From NCBI RefSeq assembly GCF_009914755.1, contig NC_060945.1: DNA of 64,000 nt. One strand, given 5' to 3'. Under the pieces are notes generated by a model, which was not told the origin of the DNA, did no database searches, and worked only from the letters and a program-made list of their open reading frames with translations. Shown in pieces: positions 58,501 through 64,000 of the stretch (positions are counted from its first letter, which is position 1; every line of letters begins with the position of its first letter). The translations under genes were made by a program, and so were the position numbers. The stretch is from the human T2T-CHM13v2.0 reference genome, Homo sapiens.

Positions 58501-61500
58501 TGTCTAGGCTCTGCCTACGATGGCATTGTGACATATCTCTGCACTAATCATCCAAGTGATGTAACCCTTGTCTAGGATCTGCCTAAATTAACTTTGTGAC
58601 ATAACCCTGTACTGATCATCCAGGTGATGGGGCTTTTGTCTAGGCTCTGCCTAAGGGGGCATTGTGACATATTTCTGCATTGATCACCCTGGTGGCGAAC
58701 TCTTCTCTTGGATCTGCCTATTGGGGCATTGTGACAAATATCTGCACTGATCACCCAGGTGATGTAACTGTTGTGTAACCTCTTCCTACAGGGGAATTGT
58801 GAGAGATCTCGCCACTGATCACCCAAGTGATGTAACCATTGTCTAGCCTTTGCGTACAGAGGGCTTTGTGACATACCTTTGCACTGATCACCCAGGTGAT
58901 GTAACACATCTAAGTTCGGCCTAAAGGAGCTTTGTGACATATCTCTGCACTGATCACTTAGGTGATGGAACACTTTTATAAGCACTGCCTACAGGGAATT
59001 TTGACAAATCTCTGCACTGATCACCTAGGTGATGTAACGCTTGTCTACCCTCTGTCCAACGGGGCATTGTGAAATATCTCTGCACTGATCACCGAGGTGA
59101 TTCAACTCTTGACTAGGATTGCCTACAGAGGTTATTGTGAAATATCTCTGCACTGATAAACTAGGTGGTGTAATCCTTATCGAAGCTCTGCCTACGGGGG
59201 CGTTTTCACATATCCCTGAAGTGATGACAAAGGTGATGTAACTCTTGCCTAGGCTTTGACTACAGGGGACATACGACATATATCTGCACTGATCACACAG
59301 GTGATGCAACTCTAGCCTAGGCTTTGCCTACAGGGGACATTGTGACATATCGCTTCAATGATCACCCATGTGATGCAACTCTTGCCTTGGCTTTGCCTAC
59401 AGGGGACATTGTGACATATCTCTGCACTGATCTCCCAGGTGCTGTAACATTAGTCTAGACTCTGGCTACACGGCATTGTGACATATCACTGCACTGATCA
59501 ACCAGGTGATATAACTCTTGTCTAGGCCCTGCCTACAGGGGGCTTGTGACATATCACTGCACTGATCATCCTGGTGATATAACTCTTCTCTAGGATCTGC
59601 CTACAGGGTGCATTGTGACATATCACTGCAATGATCACTCAGGTGATCTAACTCTTATTTAAGCTCTGCCTAAAGGGGCATTGTGACAGATCTCTGCACT
59701 GATCACTCAGGTGATGTAACTATTGTCTAGGCTCTGCTTAAAGGGGCCTTGTCACATACCTCTGCACTGATCACCCAGGTGATGTAACTCTTGTCTAGCC
59801 TCTGCTTTCACGGCATATTGTGACATATCTATGCGCTGATCACCTTAGTGATGTAACACTTGTGTAGGCTCGGCCTTCAAGGGAATATTGACATATCTCT
59901 GCACTGTTAACCGAGGTGATTTAACTCTTGTCTAGGCTGTGCCCACAGGGGGATTGAGACATATGTCTGCACTGATCCCGAGATGATCCAACTGTTGCCT
60001 GGTCTCTGCCTACTGGGGACATTGTGTCATATCTCTGCACTGATCTCCCAGGTGTTGTAACTTTAGTCTAGGCTCTGGCTACAAGGCATTGTGACATATC
60101 ACTGCACTGATCACCCAGGTGATATAAATCTTCTCTAGGCTCTGCCTACAATGGCCTTGTGACATATCTCTGCCCTGATCACCCAGGTGATATAACTCTT
60201 CTCTAGGATCTGACCACAGGGTGCTTTGTGGCATTTCCCTACAATGATCACCCAGGTGATATAACACTTGCCAGGGCTCTGCCTACAGGGGCAATGCAAT
60301 GTATCTCTGCACTGATCACCTTGGTCTTGTAACTCGTTTCTAGGATCTGCCCACAGGGTGCCTTGTGACGTATCCCAGCAAGGATTACCCAGGTGATGTA
60401 CCTCTCATCAAGGCTCTGCCTACAGGCACATTGCGATGTATCTCTGCACTGATCACCTAGGTCATGTAACTTTTGTCTACGCTCTGCCTACGATGGCATT
60501 GTGACATATCTCTGCACTAATCATCCAAGTGATGTAACCCTTGTGTACGATCTGCCTAAATTAACTTTGTGACATAACCCTGTACTGATCATCCAGGTGA
60601 TGGGGTTTTTGTCTAGGCTCTGCCTAAGGGGGCATTGTGACATATTTCTGCATTGATCACCCAGGTGGCGAACTCTTCTCTTCGATCTGCCTATGGGGGC
60701 ATTGTGACAACTCTCTGCACTGATCACCCAGGTGATGTAACTGTTGTGTAACCTCTGCCTACAGGGGAATTGTGAGAGATCTCGCCACTGATCACCCAAG
60801 TGATGTAACCATTGTCTAGGCTTTGCGTACAGGGGGCTTTGTGACATACCTTTGCACTGATCACCCAGGTGATGTAACACATCTAAGTTCGGCCTAAAGG
60901 AGCTTTGTGACATATCTGTGCACTGATCACTTAGGTGATGGAACACTTTCATAAGCACTGCCGACAGGGAATTTTGACAAATCTCTGCACTGATCACCTA
61001 GGTGATGTAACGCTTGTCTACCCTCTGTCCAACGGGGCATTGTGAAATATCTCTGCACTGATCACCCAGGTGATTCAACTCTTGACTAGGATCTGCCTAC
61101 AGAGGTTATTGAGAAATATCTCTGCACTGATAAACTAGGTGGTGTAATCCTTATCGAAGCTCTGCCTACAGGGGCGTTTTCACATATCCCTGAAGTGATG
61201 ACAAAGGTGATGTAACTGTTGCCTAGGCTTTGCCTACAGGGGACATAGGACATATATCTGCACTGATCACCCAGGTGATGCAACTCTAGCCTAGGCTTTG
61301 CCTACAGGGGACATTGTGACATACCTCTGCACTGATCTCCCAGGTGCTGTAACATTAGTCTAGACTCTGGCTACACGGCATTGTGACATATCTCTGCACT
61401 GATCTCCCAGGTGCTGTAACATTAGTCTAGACTCTGGCTACACGGCATTGTGACATATCACTGCACTGATCAACCAGGTGATATAACTCTTGTCTAGGCT

Positions 61501-64000
61501 CTGCCTACAGGGGGCTTGTGACATATCTCTACACTGATCACCCAGGTGATATAACTCTTCTCTAGGATCTGCCTACAGGGTGCTTTGTGACATATCCCTG
61601 CAATGATCACCCAGGTGATCTAACTCTTGTTTAAGCTCTGCCTAAAGGGGCATTGTGACAGATCTCTGCACTGATCACTCAGGTGATGTAACTATTGTCT
61701 AGGCTCTGCTTAAAGGGGCCTTGTCACATATCTCTGCACTGATCACCCAGGTGATGTAACTCTTGTCTAGCCTCTGCTTTCACGGAATATTGTGACATAT
61801 CTATGTGCTGATCACCTTAGTGATGTAACACTTGTGTAGGCTCGGCCTACAGGGGAATCTTGACCTATCTCTGCACTGTTAACCGTGGTGATTTAACTCT
61901 TGTCTAGGCTGTGCCCACAGGGGGATTGAGACATGTCTCTGCACTGATCCCGAGGTGATCCAACTGTTGCCTGGTCTCTGCCTACTGGGGACATTGTGAC
62001 ATATATCTGCACTGATCTCCCAGGTGCTGTAACTTTAGTCTAGGCTCTGGCTAAACGGCATTGTGACATATCACTGCACTGATCACCCAGGTGATATAAA
62101 TCTTGTCTAGGCTCTGCCTACAATGGCCTTGTGACATATCTCTGCACTGATCCCCAGGTGATATAACTCTTCTCTAGGATCTGACCACAGGGTGCTTTGT
62201 GGCATTTCCCTGCAATGATCACCCAGGTGATATACCACTTGCCAAGGCTCTGCCTACAGGGGCATTGCAATGTATCTCTGCACTGATCACCTCGGTCTTG
62301 TAACTCTTTTCTAGGATCTGCCCACAGGGTGCCTTGTGACGTATCCCAGCAAGGATTACCCAGGTGATGTACCTCTCATCAAGGCTCTGCCTACAGGCAC
62401 ATTGCGATGTATCTCTGCACTGATCACCTAGGTCATGTAACTTTTGTCTAGGCTCTGCCTACGATGGCATTGTGACATATCTCTGCACTAATCATCCAAG
62501 TGATGTAACCCTTGTCTAGGATCTGCCTAAATTAACTTTGTGACATAACCCTGTACTGATCATCCAGGTGATGGGGCTTTTGTCTAGGCTCTGCCTAAGG
62601 GGGCATTGTGCATATTTCTGCATTGATCACCCAGGTGGCGAACCCTTCTCTTGGATCTGCCTATGGGGGAATTGTGACAAATCTCTGCACTGATCACCCA
62701 GGTGATGTAACTGTTGTGTAACCTCTGCCTACAGGGGAATTGTGAGAGATCTCGCCACTGATCACCCAAGTGATGTAACCATTGTCTAGGCTTTGCGTAC
62801 AGGGGGCTTTGTGACATACCTTTGCACTGATCACCCAGGTGATGTAACACATCTAAGTTCGGCCTAAAGGAGCTTTGTGACATATCTGTGCACTGATCAC
62901 TTAGGTGATGGAACACTTTTATAAGCACTGCCTACAGGGAATTTTGACAAATCTCTGCACTGATCACTTAGGTGATGTAACGCTTGTCTACCCTCTGTCC
63001 AACGGGGCATTGTGAAATATCTCTGCACTGATCACCCAGGTGATTCAACTCTTGACTAGGATCTGCCTACAGAGGTTATTGTGAAATATCTCTGCACTGA
63101 TAAACTAGGTGGTGTAATCCTTATCGAAGCTCTGCCTACAGGGGCGTTTTCACATATCCCTGAAGTGATGACAAAGGTGATGTAACTCTTGCCTAGGCTT
63201 TGCCTACAGGGGACATAGGACATATATCTGCACTGATCACCCAGGTGATGCAACTCTAGCCTAGGCTTTGCCTACAGGGGACATTGTGACATATCGCTTC
63301 AATGATCACCCATGTGATGCAACTCTTGCCTAGGCTTTGCCTACAGGGGACATTGTGACATATCTCTGCACTGATCTCCCAGGTGCTGTAACATTAGTCT
63401 AGACTCTGGCTACACGGCATTGTGACATATCACTGCACTGATCAACCAGGTGATATAACTCTAGTCTAGGCTCTGCCTCCAGGGGGCTTGTGACATATCT
63501 CTGCACAGATCACCTAGGTGATATAACTCTTCTCTAGGATCTGCCTACAGGGTGCTTTGCGACATATCCCTGCAATGATCACCCAGGTGATCTAACTCTT
63601 GTTTAAGCTCTGCCTAAAGGGGCCTTGTGACAGATCTCTGTACTGATCACTCAGGTGATGTAACTATTGTCTAGGCTCTGCTTAAAGGGGCCTTGTCACA
63701 TACCACTGCACTGATCACCCAGGTGATGTAACTCTTGTCTAGCCTCTGCTTTCACGGCATATTGTGACATATCTATGCGCTGATCACCTTAGTGATGTAA
63801 CACTTGTGTAGGCTCGGCCTACAGGGGAATATTGACATATCTCTGCACTGTTAACCGAGGTGATTTAACTCTTGTCTAGGCTGTGCCCACAGGGGGATTG
63901 AGACATGTCTCTGCACTGATCCCGAGGTGATCCAACTGTTGCCTGGTCTCTGCCTACTGGGGACATTGTGACATATCTCTGCACTGATCTCCCAGGTGCT
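52500..64000. repeat. Beta satellite higher-order repeat, subfamily B: 28/29-mers (~1905/~1973 bp)
   Basis: The same marker lies at 52790, 54693, 56598, 58572, 60545 and 62516. Private variants include gtaatccttatcgaagctc, ctgctttcacggcatatt, gtggcatttccct and gatctgcccacagggtgccttg. Confidence 0.92.

Overview
Human or great-ape heterochromatic DNA of the type found on acrocentric short arms and pericentromeres. About 61 of the 64 kb is 68-bp beta satellite (Sau3A/BSR family), all in one orientation. It is interrupted once (~4000-6758) by a GC-rich, 5'-truncated D4Z4-like unit carrying a minus-strand DUX4-like pseudogene (5960->4693; three in-frame stops and one frameshift). The pseudogene still has a TATAA/GC-box promoter, exon-2 and exon-3 (pLAM-like) homologues and the same D4Z4-to-satellite junction as FSHD-permissive 4qA, but reads GTCACA where 4qA has its ATTAAA poly(A) signal. 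The satellite is layered. From 1 to ~16.9 kb are about three diverged copies of a long (~5-6 kb) ancestral monomer order; only the first junction between them carries DUX4L, and the second copy contains a young 548-bp triplication. From ~16.9 to 52.5 kb is a homogeneous 2042-bp (30-mer) higher-order repeat (HOR) with 21-, 22-, 25-, 28-, 29- and 36-mer variants. From ~52.5 to 64 kb is a second HOR subfamily of 28/29-mers. No intact protein-coding gene is supported, and the many short ORFs are artefacts of the satellite. Comparisons to DUX4 and D4Z4 are from my recall of those sequences, not from an alignment run here.
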